DNA from: the human T2T-CHM13v2.0 reference genome, Homo sapiens
Length of the DNA stretch: 64,000 nt
Strand: one strand, 5' to 3'
Assembly: GCF_009914755.1 (NCBI RefSeq)
Contig: NC_060936.1
Positions 15,589-29,253 of the stretch are shown here, in pieces. The translations under genes and the position numbers were made by a program. The stretch's first letter is position 1, and each line of letters opens with the position of its first letter. The notes under the pieces were generated by a model. That model worked only from the letters and a program-made list of their open reading frames with translations, had not been told where the DNA came from and made no database searches.

Positions 15589-16261
15589 TCAGAAAGTGTG
15601 AGAGTTGACTTGACTTTGCCCAACCTGGAACACCAGGGTTTCTTCAAAAGAAGCAGTGGTGTGCTCTCAGGAAGGTCTGAAGCCAACGGGGCTGGAAGGA
15701 GAGCGATTTGCTACTTATACCTCGAAGATTTAATTCTGTTTGAAGGCCACCGCTCCAGTGCCACTTCCTAGAGATAATCGTGCGGTTTATAAGGAACTAT
15801 GAGACTCATTTTAGAAAGCGCTTCCAGGAGGCTGAAGCTGGGGGTCTGGGAGTTTGACGGGCCCTTCCTCCCACCTGCAGGGGCTGCAGGCGCAACCTCA
15901 TTGAGGGATGAACAACCTTCTCTGGACGTGAAGCTGGGTGGGAGGGTGGGGGACGAGAAGAGGCTGCAGAGGAGGCGGGGGCTCTGAATCCACCCAGCCA
16001 GGCCAGCCCTGTCTCTGTGACTACAAAGAATGTTCTGGAAGGGTTAGGGTGCTGTTTGCCTCAGGGGAGAGGGCGTGGTGGGAGGGCTGCTGGGCTGGCA
16101 GAGTACCAGGGGAATTCCCAGGAACTCCTCTGGCATCTCTGAGACCCAGCAGGGCAGAGGGTGGGCGGGGCTGCATGGCGCAGGGGCTCCCAGACCTGAG
16201 CTGTGGAGGTGGGGCCCTGTCTGCCCCCTCACTTTGGAAACCTAGTAGGGTTTGTTTGCTT

Positions 16262-16314
16262 GTTTTTTGTTGTTGTTGTTGTTGTTGTTGTTGTGTGTGT
16301 GTGTGTTTTTTTTT
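16262..16314. repeat. Compound microsatellite (TTG)n-(TG)n-Tn
   Basis: Read directly. Confidence 0.9.
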
Positions 16315-16719
16315 AAAGAAATTTGCTGTTTTCCAGGTAGCTTCATAGAAAGCCAGGGTCTCTTTCCTCTATAGTTAGGTTGTTTACATTGCAAAAGCCT
16401 AATCCTCTTGCTAGGTTGATATTGTGTCTCGTGGGCTCCTTAATGAAAAGCATTTGTCCAGGATTATTCCTTCACAGCAAATGAGAGCCTCCAAGACAGC
16501 TCCACTCTGAGAACCGGCCTTGTGGCTGGGGCACGAGCACCAGGGGCCCCAAAGAGGGGGTCAGGCTCGAGCCACTTGTGTACGTGTGCTACTCCTGGCC
16601 TGAGCACCCCAGGCTGGCTCTGAAATCTAGGGTGAGCAGAAAGGGAGGCAGATTCTCACTGTAAGAAGCACGGGGGAGAGACCCCATTCGAGTGGGCTGT
16701 TTCCCTTTTGGTTTTGAGC

Positions 16720-17465
16720 CTGTAGTTTCCCCCAAAGGATGTCCACATCCTAATCCCTGGAATCTCTGGACATGTCACCTGACATGGAAAAAGGGACTTT
16801 GCTGTTGTGATTAAGGACTCTGGGATGAGGAGATGATCCTGGATAATGTAATCACAGGAGTCCTTGAGGAGGAAGGCAGGAAGGTCAGAGGAGGAAGCAA
16901 GAGGCCAGAGTGATCCCAGGAAGGGGTCGAAAGCTGCGTTATGCAGGCAGCTCCAGAAACTGCAAAAGGCTGGAAACAGACTCTCCTGGGAGCCTTTGGA
17001 AGGAGTGCAGCCAGCCCTGATTTCAGCCCTGAAAGACTCATTGCAGACTTCCGGCCTCCAGAGCTGTAGGAAAATGAAGTTGGTTGCTTTTTTGTTTTTG
17101 CTTCTAGAGGCAGGGTCTCGCTCTGTGGCCCAGGCTGAAGTGCAACAATGGTGGCAATAGTGCAATGACGGCTCATGGCAACCTCAACCTCCTGGGCTCA
17201 AGTTATCCTCCCTCCTCAGCCTCCCGAGTAGCTGGGACCACAGGTGTGCACCTCCAAGCCTGGCTAATTTTTCTTTTTTTATTTTTTGTAGAGACGGGGT
17301 CTTGCTGTGTTGTCCAGGCTGGACTTGAACTCCTGAGCTCAAATGATCCTCCTTCCTCAGCCTCCCCAAGTGCTGGGATTACAGGCGTGAGCCACTGTAC
17401 CAGGTCAAGTTGTGTTGTTTTAAGCCATCCAGTTGGTGGTTATTTGTTACAGCAGCCACAGGAGA
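16720..17465 (+). mobile_element. MLT1D-like LTR interrupted by a reverse AluJ (17090-17403)
   Basis: ccccaaaggatgtccacatcctaatccctggaa...gggactttgc...; LTR resumes after the Alu at ttgtgttgttttaagcca. Confidence 0.85.
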
Positions 17466-18722
17466 CCCACGCGGCCAGAGTCCCTCTCCTGCCCTGCCCC
17501 CGATGCCAGTCAGCCACTAGGCTGGGAGGGTCCTGCCCTGGGAGAGTCCGGCATGAACACAGGGACCAGGTGCAGCAACTGGACTCCAGACAGGAAGCAC
17601 TCTGTCCTGAGAGCTGCCCACACCCAGATTAGGGTTTGGATCCCCCAAGAAACCCCCATCCAATCTCTTCCCCGCCTCCTTTGGCCCCCAGCAGACCTGC
17701 TTCTCACTCACGTTCCCTTTCTGCCCCTGCTTCAGCTTTTTCCTAGACCGCCTGCCTCCAGCAGAACGAATCAAGAAGATTACAGGGCAGGCGGGTGTGA
17801 GAGCAGCTCCTGGGGCGAAACTAGACGAAAATCCCCTGGCCCTGTTTCCCCAAACTTCCCTTTGATTTTTAATTTTTTTCAAAAGTTTCTTCATCACAAA
17901 ATTTCCGGATGTGACATCCCTGGCAGCTCACACAGCAAGTTTTGGCAAAAACCAATGTCTTACTTCTCGCTGGGCTGCAAGAAATTAGAGTAATCGCCCC
18001 CAACACACAAAGGCATGAACTCCCGATGCAATTAAGGAGAGGTGAGGGGATGAAAGGAATCATGGCTGTGGATGAACTCTCCTTCTCTCGTTTTCCCTTA
18101 AAAGTCACGAGAGGCAACTTGCAGTCTAGTTAGCTTGGGGGCACCCGGGGTTGGGGTGTAGCAATGTGGGCAGGAGATGGTATCCTTGGCCTCAGCAGAT
18201 GGGGCCCCTAAGGTTGTACTTTTTGGCGTGGCTCTGCCAGAGATTATATGAGCTCCAAGTTCTGGAGCTCCCTTCCAGCCCCGCTTTTCACTTTGGCGCA
18301 AGAGGGCAGTTAGGGCAAGTTCCTAGTTGTCCCCAAGGCTCCTCTGCCCCTCAACTGTGACGTGGGATGGTGATACCACCTAGCTTGCAGGGCTGGGTGC
18401 AGGTTTAAGGAGGCACGATTGAAACCTGGTGCCTGGCACAGAGAAAGCTCAAAAATGCAGGGTGCCACCCTTCATGTCATCCTCACCTCCACCCCATCGG
18501 CACCGCCTCCCACGCAGCCCTCCTCAGTGACGACGGCGGGTTTGGCTTCATCCCCTTCCATGAAGATGAGCGCGGCTCCCTCTCCTTTGTGTTGGATCTG
18601 GGGCCCTGGGGAGAGCTGGGCACACGGCTGGTGTGTAGTAGCGGCTCACTGCTGGGACACTGCTGTCTGCTGAGGGTTGCTCACTTGGCTGTGGTTGCTG
18701 CTCTCAGGCCTCTCATGGAGCC

Positions 18723-18880
18723 ACCGTGACACACCCCCCGTGACACACACACCCCGTGACACACACCCCCCGTGACACATCCCCCGTGACACACACCCCG
18801 TGACACACACCCCGTGACACACCCCCCGTGACACACACCCTGTGACACACACCCCGTGACACACCCCCCGTGACACACCC
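18723..18880. repeat. Minisatellite, 11 copies of a 14-16 bp unit CCGTGACACA(CA)CCCC
   Basis: GTGAC at 18726, 18740, 18756, 18772, 18786, 18800, 18814, 18828, 18842, 18856, 18870. Confidence 0.97.
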
Positions 18881-18999
18881 CTCCAAGCCAGGGTGCAAGT
18901 TACATCCCGTCGCCAGGCCCAGCACCATCCACACAGCAGCCCCACACGTGGGGAGCGTCGCTGTGGTTATGGCCGACTTGCCGTGTAGGCTAAGATTGT

Positions 19000-19210
19000 T
19001 CCCCTTACACACACAGACATCCTCTCTCTCACACCCTCACGCAATCCCACACTCGTATTCACTCCCACATTTACACACGTACACGCTCACAGGCATGCAT
19101 ACAGTGGGGCATTCATTTACACACACACCCATGCACACACACACATCCTCACACACACCCACATGCATCTTCACACACTGTGAAACACACACCCACACCC
19201 ACACACTCTA
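19000..19210. repeat. CA-rich low-complexity tract
   Basis: Degenerate (CA)n read directly. Confidence 0.7.
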
Positions 19211-19999
19211 CGGGGGTCACACAGGCCTCTCCAGCTGCGCCCTCCCTGCACCGTGCAGACCCCCAGGTCTGGCCTCAGAGGGGACACGCAAGCCCCACTG
19301 GCAGCAGACCTCCGGTGTCCCGTCCCCTGTCTGGGCTGGCGAAAGTGCAGGTAGCTCCTTGGTCGCCTGACCCAGTGCCTTGGATGCTGCCCGTGTGCTG
19401 GGCCGGAGGACACCGTTCCCTCGCGCACAACAAGCCCTGTGAGGCATCACGGAGGGGACGGGAGCTCACACCTCAACCTAGAGACCCCGTCTACTCACAA
19501 CCACTTTTAAGGAATGCAGCTAAACAGGGGGCTCAGATCCCTGTTCAGGGCCCTTCTCACGATCCCACCGTAACAGGCCAGCCCTGCGGGTGCCTGGCTG
19601 CAGTCTCCTTCTCCCCAGCACTTCCAGACCTGGCAGCCCGGCCCAATACCAGCGGCCGCGGGGCCTGACCTGGACTGAACCCCGGAGCCCGGACAGGCTG
19701 GTCACTGCAGGGCGGGGCCTGAATTCTGCAGCTGCTCCTGAGGCCAAAAGCTGTTCTGAGGGTGGGGTGGGCTGCCAGGCTCCACCGACGCCCTCCCGCA
19801 CTGCAGGCGCCTCTCTGGAGCCTCACATATGTCCACCATCAGATTCCATGGTCTGCGGTCTGTGGAGACGGTGGGGACCGACTCTCTCAACACCTCTGTG
19901 TGAACTGGATCCCCTGGGGGACTGGGGGGAGTAACAGAAAAGCTCACAGAGTGCCCCTGAGCCCAGAGCTGTTTCTGATCTCTCCTTAAAAGCGATCTC

Positions 20000-20415
20000 C
20001 GTGGAAACAGCCCAGATGACCATCAGTGGACGAATAGATACACAACTGTGGTCCATCCACACAACAGAATATCATCCAGTCACAGAAAGGGAGGAAGCGC
20101 TGATCCATGCTACAACATGGGTGAACCCCAAAAACATGATAAGAGACGCCGGATACAAAAGGCCACGGAGCATGTGATTTTACCTCCACGGAATGCCCAG
20201 AAGAGGCAAAATCTGCAGAGACAGAAAGCAGAGGAGCCAGGGGGAGGAGCTGAGTGTTCGGGAGAGGGGAGTGAGCAGTGACCGATCACAGGTTCAGGCT
20301 TTCCTTTGGGGCGATGACAATGTTAGGAAGTCGAGAGAGGTGTTTACACAACCTTGTGAAGATATTAAGTGCCACTGAACTGTGTGCTTTAAAGTCGTTC
20401 ATTTTATGTTACATG
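20000..20415 (+). mobile_element. L1MB-like 3' end
   Basis: tggaaacagcccagatgaccatcagtggacgaatagata...tgctacaacatgggtgaacc...gccactgaactgt. Confidence 0.8.
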
Positions 20416-21676
20416 CATTTCAACTCAATTTTTTTAAGTGACCTCTGATTTTTAAAAGACGAGTCAATATTCCCAGTGACTCATTTGACCATGGGAAAAT
20501 CCACTCTTTTATGGGCCAAATGTTTGCAAGGCTAGAGTTCTGTCTGAAATGGAAACTTCATCAACAGCTGGGCATTCGGTGGCCAGGCTTTTACTTGGAA
20601 AATTGGACCAGATTTCTTGGCCATCATCTTAATTATGTGTTCGACACAGAGGGACAGAAATTTCTAAATCACAACTTCCTCTGAGTGGAGAAAATCAAGC
20701 CCCAAATTCTTAAAGGGATATAGGAAAGCAAGTCTCCCGGCCATGCTTTTTGAGAGGGATGTTGGTGAAGGGCGTTTAGTCCTCCCCATCATAGAAGAGG
20801 AGAATCTGGCCACCCAAAATGTGGGAACTGGGTTCTGTGGACTGGGAAGGTTCGAAAAGAGTATCAAAAACGGGGGAGGTTCGCCTTTCCCAACTGCAGC
20901 CAGATGGCACACAAGGCTCTCCTGCATGTGCTTCCAGAATGTCTCCAGGCAGACAGAATGTGTCCAAATGCTAGGAGGAAAACAGAGTACAACAGCGTCA
21001 ATGACCACAGCAGTAATGGAAACCATGCTAATAATCATAATACCCTCTACCAAGCCCAACCCCATGTGTCATCCTACACAGTAGCTAGGACGACATTAGT
21101 ACCCCATTTCATTCTCCCGTGTCTCAGTCTCTGTATCTGAACAACAGGACAAATAACAGTGTCTACTTCATTATGCTGTCATCATTATTGAATGAAGGTT
21201 CAACTCTCCATATTCCATTTTTTAACAAAAGCTTCAACTCACATTTATTGGCAAATGTTGATGTCATCCAGGTCCAGTTCCATGCTGCCAACAGAAGATC
21301 CATTCCTTATCTTCCAGCGATGCGCTGTACTTCTGAACAGCTTCGCCTGCATTTGGTAAGCAAGAGTCGTCAGTAGCCTGGAATCAATGAGAAGTTTACA
21401 AAGTTGTTGAGAGGTCAGGCTTTTGTGAATGAATTATAAGAGGATAATACAAAACAAAAATAATAATAAAATGCCCTAGGGAAAAATAATTTATCCCATG
21501 CCAACTAGGTCTTGAGAAGGTCATTTCTAAATTACTGTCTCAAACTGAATTATAAACAACTACTGAAGGCAGAGAAAGGGGGGTGGGGAAGCAAGTGTGG
21601 ACGGGGCGCAGAAGGCTTCAGGAAAGACAAAACCAGGGGGAGGGAGTCAGACTCTGGAAGAGGAGGCTGTAAATCT

Positions 21677-22030
21677 GTGGGTCTCAGCCTGTTCAGGTTG
21701 CTGTAACCAGCTACCATAGACCAGGTGGTTTACAAGCAAGAGAAACTTATTTCACACAGTTCTGAGGCTGGACATCCAAGATAAAGGCAGATTGGTGTCT
21801 GCCAAGGGTCCTTCCCACATAGACGCAGGCACCTTGCTGTGTGTTACACGGTGGGAGGGACAAAGGGGCTCCCTTGGGCCTCTTTTCTAAGGGCACTGAC
21901 CCCATCCACGAGGCTCCACCTTCATGACTGATCACCTCCCAGAGGCTCCACCTCCTAGAACCATTAGCTTGGAGGCGAGAATTTCAACATAGGAATTTTG
22001 TGAGGGACACAAACATTTGGACCATGGCAT
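21677..22030 (-). mobile_element. MLT1A-like solo LTR
   Basis: acttatttcacacagttctgaggctgg...tcacctcccagaggctccacctcc...atttcaacatagga...acacaaacatttggaccatggca. Confidence 0.85.
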
Positions 22031-22199
22031 TGTGCCCTCTGCAGAGCTGGCTGAGGTTATAAACTGCCCACTGTGCAGAAAGGACCCGAAGCAGAAAGCA
22101 TGCCCAGTCTCAGCCAGGATGGAATAGTTACTGCAGCATGGACAAGGAAGGCATGTCAGAAAAAAAAAAAAAAGCCATTGCCATCACCATCGTTATTAT

Positions 22200-22410
22200 C
22201 ACCATCATCGCTAGCGTTTCCTGAGTGCTTGCTGGTTCCAGAGATGGTGCAAAGTGCCTTGCACGCATCATGTCACTTAATCCTCCCAACAGCCCCGGGA
22301 CGTGTGTTCCACGGTTACCCCATCTGCTGGATGAGGAAACTGAGGCTCAGGGAGGTTAACAATTTGCCCAACGTCCAACAGCAGCTGGAGAGCCATGGCA
22401 AGGCTGAACG
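22200..22410 (-). mobile_element. MIR
   Basis: gatgaggaaactgaggctcagggaggttaacaatttgccca core. Confidence 0.8.
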
Positions 22411-22787
22411 GTGAATGCCTGTGCAAGGGAAGCCAGGCTGTCTCCAGGGCTCCCGACAGGGGCTGCGTTTCTGCTGGGAATAATTGCCGGATTCCATTTG
22501 CACTAGGATGTGCGAACTCACTGTTGTTCACTAATTCTAAGACACCTTCTTCGTATTTAACACCCTCTAAAGCTGGGGTGCTGTGTCATGGTTTAGTCTT
22601 AGATGGCAACAATAATGGAATCAATGGTATCTTAGACTTAATGAAAAGTTGGGTTGCCAGGCCCAAGTTCCTAGAACTGTTAAGTTTTTGTTTTATGGCA
22701 GGCATTTATTTTCTTCTTGTGGCCACTAGAGTTTTTTTTAAAAAAAAAAAAAAAAAAAAGAAGAAGAAGAAGAAGAAACTTCTAGAG

Positions 22788-23010
22788 CAGGAATGTTCAA
22801 AATTTTGGCTTCCCTGGGCCACACTGAGTGTCTTGGGCCACACATAAAATACACAAACACTAACGATAGCTGATGAGCTAAAAAAAAAAAAAAAAAAAAT
22901 CACAAAAATTTCTCATAATGTTTTCAGAAAGTTTACAAATTTGTGTTGGGCTGCATTCAAAGCTGTCCTGGGCCACATGCAGGCCATGGGCCACAGGTTG
23001 GACAAGCTTG
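22788..23010 (+). mobile_element. MER30 (hAT-Charlie MITE)
   Basis: ttttggcttccctgggccacac...ctaacgatagctgatgagctaaaa...ttggacaagcttg; 8-bp TSD ttctagag/ttctagat. Confidence 0.92.
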
Positions 23011-23029
23011 TTCTAGATAAAGAAAAAAA

Positions 23030-23030
<1 letters not shown>

Positions 23031-23062
<32 letters not shown>
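23031..23062. repeat. (TG)n microsatellite
   Basis: Read directly. Confidence 0.95.
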
Positions 23063-23066
<4 letters not shown>

Positions 23067-23134
23067 CATATATATGGGCTATTAATAAACCACCCAGTTT
23101 ATGGTGCATTGTTATATAAATAACCTAATGTTCA

Positions 23135-23500
23135 GATTTCAGATTTTCTATTGCTCTTTAACAAATACAAAATTTAGCAGCTTAAAAACATGGTTTTCTT
23201 GCAATTCCATGGGTCTGGAATTCAGCAGGGCTGGGCTGGGTGACTCTTCTTTTCTCCTTGGCCTGGACAGGGCCCATGTGGAGGTATCTGGTTCTGAGAA
23301 GAGGCTGTTCCGGAGGGTCCATGTGACTTCACTCACACCCTGGCAGGGAGGGCTGGAAGGCTGGGCTCAGCTAGGACTATGGGCTATCCACATGGCCTCG
23401 CCAGCATGCTGGCCTCAGGTAGAAGTATTTCTTCTGTGGTGGCTGAAAGCTCTGGAAGCACGTGTTCCAGGAGACCAGGCAGAGCCGCAGGGCCTATATG
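23135..23500 (-). mobile_element. Old MLT1 LTR fragment
   Basis: ctattgct...taacaaatacaaaatttagcagcttaaaaac...gggtctggaattcagcagggctgggctggg. Confidence 0.7.
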
Positions 23501-23985
23501 GTATAGCCTTGGAGGACATGCATCCTCACCTCCTGACCCTGTGTGGGAGAGGACAGCCTGGATGGTGTAGCCTTGGAGGACATTCATCCTCACCTCCTGA
23601 CTCTGTGTGGGAGAGAAGGATCTGGATGGTGTAGCCTTGGAGGGCGTGCATCCTCACCTCTTGACTCCATGTGGGAGAGGATGGCCTGGATAGTGTAAAC
23701 TTGGAAGGTGTGCATTCTTACCTCCTGACTCCATGTGGGAGAGGACGGCCAGGGGGGTGTAGTCATGGAAGGCATGCATCCTTACCTCCTGGAGACGTGC
23801 CAATGCCTAGCCTGGAAAGGGTCCCACCTGCCTCCTGACCCCGTTTGGGAGAGGATGGCCTAGAGTGTGTAGTCTTGGAAAGCATGCATCCTCACCTCCT
23901 GATTCCGTGTGGGAGAGAACGACCTGGATGGTGTAAACTTGGAAGGTGTGCATTCTTATCTCCTGACTCCGTGTGGGAGAGGACT
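23497..23985. repeat. Diverged minisatellite, ~8 copies of a ~64 bp unit
   Basis: Unit anchors (tagccttgga/taaacttgga) at 23504, 23568, 23632, 23696, 23760, 23808, 23870, 23934. Confidence 0.92.
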
Positions 23986-24235
23986 TCACCAGGGCGCAGG
24001 TGCCAGAGGCTCCCACACCAAGGATGAAGATGGTCACCTTCACAACCCGTTCCGACTCACCCAGTGGCTACTGTTGGACACCTACTCTCTGTCAAGCATT
24101 TTCCTTGGCAACAAGTAAAAAAGACACTCAAATGATGTCCTCAAGGCCGTTACGCTGCAGTGACATAAGAGGCAAGTGACCTAAGAAAAACAGGATCCTT
24201 GGAAATAGTGATAATCACTCTAAAGAATGAAACAG

Positions 24236-24873
<638 letters not shown>

Positions 24874-25887
24874 TTAGAAAGAATGATCACGGAGGCGTCC
24901 TGAGGAGGTGACCTGTGACAAGCAATCTGAATGATGGCGGGGAATGGCTGTGGGACTCCCTGGGAAAGTGCATTTGGGGATGGGGAAGAGCACGTGCCAA
25001 GGCTGCAGGGTGGAGGAGAGTGGGCTGGAGTCCTCCAGGAACAGAGGATGGGTCTGTGAGGGCCCGGAGTCACGGGGGCTGGGAAAGGGACCAGGAGGAG
25101 ATCCTCAGGAGGTGAGAAGCCAGACCAGGGGTTCTCAGGGGCCATGGCACAGGGTGTGGATTTTATGCCAGATGCATTGGGACCCATCCTAGCGCCTGCC
25201 TGGAGGTGGAGTCACTGAGCAGCTGGGTCATGTGTGGCTGGTGACCAGCAGGGCCTATCTGGAGGAAGGGCGGTGTGGCGAGCCCAGCCTGCCCTTAGCA
25301 CACACACACGCACACAGGGGTGAGGCTGGGCTGCACCCACCCGCCTCCGGGCCATCCCCTGCACCTCGGATGACTCCTCCTGGGCGTGTCATTCCTGCCC
25401 ACGCTTGGCTCACGGACCTCACAGCCACTTGGGGCCTGTGCTTCCCAGCAACAGGAAGCCTCACGCAGTTTAGAAGGGGACCTGGGCCTCTGCCGCAGTC
25501 AGGGCAGGGAAGGGCAGGGGTGGGGGTGGCCAAGCGAAGCTGGCTGGGAGAAAGCATCACCTGGAGACGCTCCAACGCCCAGCTTGGAAAGGGTCCCACC
25601 CGCCTCTGCATTCGTTTGGATGTGTCTTTCGTAAAAATCAAAGAAAGAAAGAGATGCTTGTTTCAGCTGACGACAGGGAGCTCCAGGGTTGCCCATAAGT
25701 TCAGGAGACGCCGTTCTGTCACCCTTGATATTCCCAAAATATCAAACCTTCACTGGTGCAGCCTGCTGCACTGGGTGTTTCATCAAGCTTTCTTGATTTT
25801 TAAAAACTTTTTTACAACCCCTTTAGCCCTCAACAAATATGAAGTCCACATCAAGTGCATAATAAATGTCTGCTAATTGAGTGACAG

Positions 25888-26375
25888 TGGTAGGCAGAAT
25901 AATGGCACCCCCAACCAAAATGTCCACATCCAAGCCCCTGGGCCCGTGAATATGTCACCTTACATGGTAAAAGGGGCTTTGTGGATGTGAGTAGGGGTTA
26001 GGGACCCTGAAATGGAAAGGTTTTCCTGAATTACCCAGGTGGGACCAGTCTAACCACAGAGGCACTAAACGTTGGAGGACTGTTCCCAGCTGTGGTCACA
26101 GAGAAACAGGATGGCAGAAGAAGGGTCAGAGAGATGAGAACTTGGTGGCTCTGAAGCTGGAGGAAGGGGCCACACACCAAGGAACGTGGGTGCTCCTAGT
26201 GGCTGAAAAAAGAGGGGACTGGATCTTCCCTGAGAGCCTCCCCAAGGAACACAGAGCTGGCGACTCCTTGATTGCAGAACTTCTGACCTCCAGAGCTGTA
26301 AGAAAATAAACATGCTTATTTTAGTGGCTTGTTTTAAGCCACTAAATTTGCGGTAGTTCATTAGGGAAGCCATAG
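25888..26375 (+). mobile_element. MLT1D/E-like solo LTR
   Basis: tggtaggcagaataatggc...tgtccacatcc...gaacttctgacctccagagctgtaag...ttttaagccactaaatttgcggta. Confidence 0.85.
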
Positions 26376-28129
26376 AGTCTCGTCCAGTGACGAACTCATG
26401 CCTCTTCCCCCTATTCTGTGGCGAGATGCACATTCTCCTGGAAGACCCATTCTATCATTTTTGAGATAGGATTTTTTTTTCTCCCACCCAGGCCTTTTTC
26501 AGTTGCAAGTTCCTAAGACCAAACTCAAATGTCTAAAGGAAGAAAAGAAAAGGAATGCATTGACTCTGATGGCAGGAGAAGGATCTGGGCACGGCTAAAT
26601 TCAAATGCAATCGTCAAAATCATCTCTCAGCCCTGTTCTCCTCCAGGTGTCCTCATTCTCAGGCAGTTTGCTCCCCATGATGTCCCTTATGCAGGCTTCC
26701 CAGCTGATATCCTCTGTGCTTCAAGCCCAGTGGAAATGAACCTTGTTTTTCTCGCCTGTGTGAACTGAAGTTCTCAGCCTGGTGGCTATTGGCCAGAACT
26801 GGGTCACATGCCTATCCCTGACCCAATCACAGTGGCCAAAGAGATGCAGTGCTCTGACTGGCCAGGTCTGCACATGACCATCCCTGCAGAGCCACAGGGC
26901 TGAGATAAGGGGAGATGAGTTCCCCGGAAAAAATGTAAAACCCCGTTTCTGGGAGATGGGAGAGATGGATGCTCAGTGTCAAAACAAATGTCTCCTGTGG
27001 GAATATTGACAATTCACTGGTTTTGCAAAAGGCCATCTGGAAGCCCTTTGATGAGGCAGTGTTTGAAAATCTGCAATGCCATTTGCAGAAATGATGCTCC
27101 CACTGAGTGTTTGGGTTCACCCGTCCCGGTCACTCCAGCACGAGGCATGGACGTCACCACCGACCCTTACTTCCGATGGGAAAGTCCGCCTCCTGGGCCT
27201 GGGCATGGGCACCTCACCCTGGGGTCTCTCCCAGGCCTGGTTCCGCCCTCTGGGAATCCCTCCTGATTGTTTTCTGTCCTGCTGGGACTGGGAACATTCA
27301 CTCTTGTGTTTGTTTTCACAGAGTTTGCAAACTTGAGCCTTGGCCTTGAACCAGGGAAATAATCGGCTTTTTCCATCCGCCCACTGCCATCCCCAGCTGG
27401 CCCCTGGAAGAGCCCTGGGAACGCTGTGGGTAGGACCTCTGCTCAGCTGGAGAGAAGGGTATGCCAGTCAAAGCTCCCAGCTGAGCGTGGCTTGGTCACC
27501 ACCCCTCAGCACCGCCCGTCACGGCTGAGCTCTGTGACTGTCACCCAAGCCAAGTCCTTCCCTCCCATGAGCGATGATTTACACTCTTCCAGCTACCCCA
27601 AGACCTTGTTCAGATGGTCTGAAATGGCTCCAAAGGTGCGGATCCCGATGAGACTCAGAGGCCAGGGCCCAAGCCCCTCCCCACCCCATTTTTCCCATCA
27701 GTGTCTGTAATATCACCCCACTTTCAAGGGTCAGACGCTACAGTACTGAAGGCCAAACACACACACCCAGGGGACGTCAGTCCTTCAGCGCAGCAACAGA
27801 AGGTGACTCACAGCTAATTCTGCTTAGGCTACACTAAATTGGCACAGCCAGACTAAAATACTTTTGACTAATTCATTTGGCAGGAGCATCAAAGCCCAAA
27901 AAGGATTGAGTCCAAGTTTCCCCCTCTTAAAAATAAAATAAAACAGAAACAAAAACAAATCCTGGCAAGAAGAGAGGCAAAACCCTGACTATCTTTCATC
28001 TTCTGTGTTCACAAGAATGGAGATGCCACAGGGCATGACCTGTGTCTGGGCCGTTCACTGTGACATCCTGCTCCTAGCATCCTGCCTGGCCCAGAGCAGG
28101 TGCTCAAGAAGTGTTTGCAGGATGGTGTT

Positions 28130-28700
28130 GTTAGACAAGAAAACACCCTACACTTAATGGCATAAAACAACCGTGATTTTACTCATGGCTTCTGAGCAGC
28201 CAGAGCTTGGACAGGGCATGCTTGGGCTGTTTTCGCTCCACTCCATGGTCTGGGGCCTCGGCTTTGAGCATTCGTGTGTGTCCAGGGCTGACTCAGTAGC
28301 TAGAGTGCAGACCTGGAGGTGTCTCCACTCACACATGTGGTGGTTGTGGCTGACTGTCTGCGGGTTGGGACCTCAGCTGGTTTGTTGACCACAGCACCTA
28401 CTCACGTGGCCTCTCCATGTGGTCTCTCCGCATGGGCTAGCTTGGGCTTCCTGGCAATATGGCGGCTGGATTCCAGGAGTAGTATCTTCAAAAGAACCAG
28501 GAGGACGCTTTGTTACTGTCTATGGCTTATCCTCAGAAGCATCTTATCCTCATAGCATCACTTCTGTCATCACAAGCCCACTCAAATTCAAGGGGAAGAA
28601 ATACAGGCCCCTCCTCTCGATGGGAGGGTTGGGGTCAGAGTCACCATTTGAGATGAGCCTGTGGGATGGCAGGTGGTGTTTCAGCTGGTTTGAGGAGCAT
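28130..28700 (-). mobile_element. Old MLT1 LTR
   Basis: acttaatggcataaaacaac...tggcctctccatgtgg...caaattcaaggggaag. Confidence 0.7.
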
Positions 28701-28919
28701 GGTGTGCGACAGATGGTGGATGGATGAGACCCAGATGGGACACTAAGCCAAAGCGTCTTTGAGGTGACTTACTCAACGCCCCTGAAAGTTTTCATATGTG
28801 GCCTTAAGTATAATGGAGCATCACTACAAGTGGTCAGATGGACCTAAGGTTTGGAGTTGAATCACCATCAACCTTTTAACCTGCGTGGCAAGGCAGTGTT
28901 GTGGTTAAAAGTGAAGCCA

Positions 28920-29253
<334 letters not shown>

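Noticed and set aside
23497-23985. CRISPR-like array (also considered for 18723-18880)
   Set aside because: Units are contiguous with no unique spacers, there are no cas genes and the DNA is eukaryotic; these are minisatellites.
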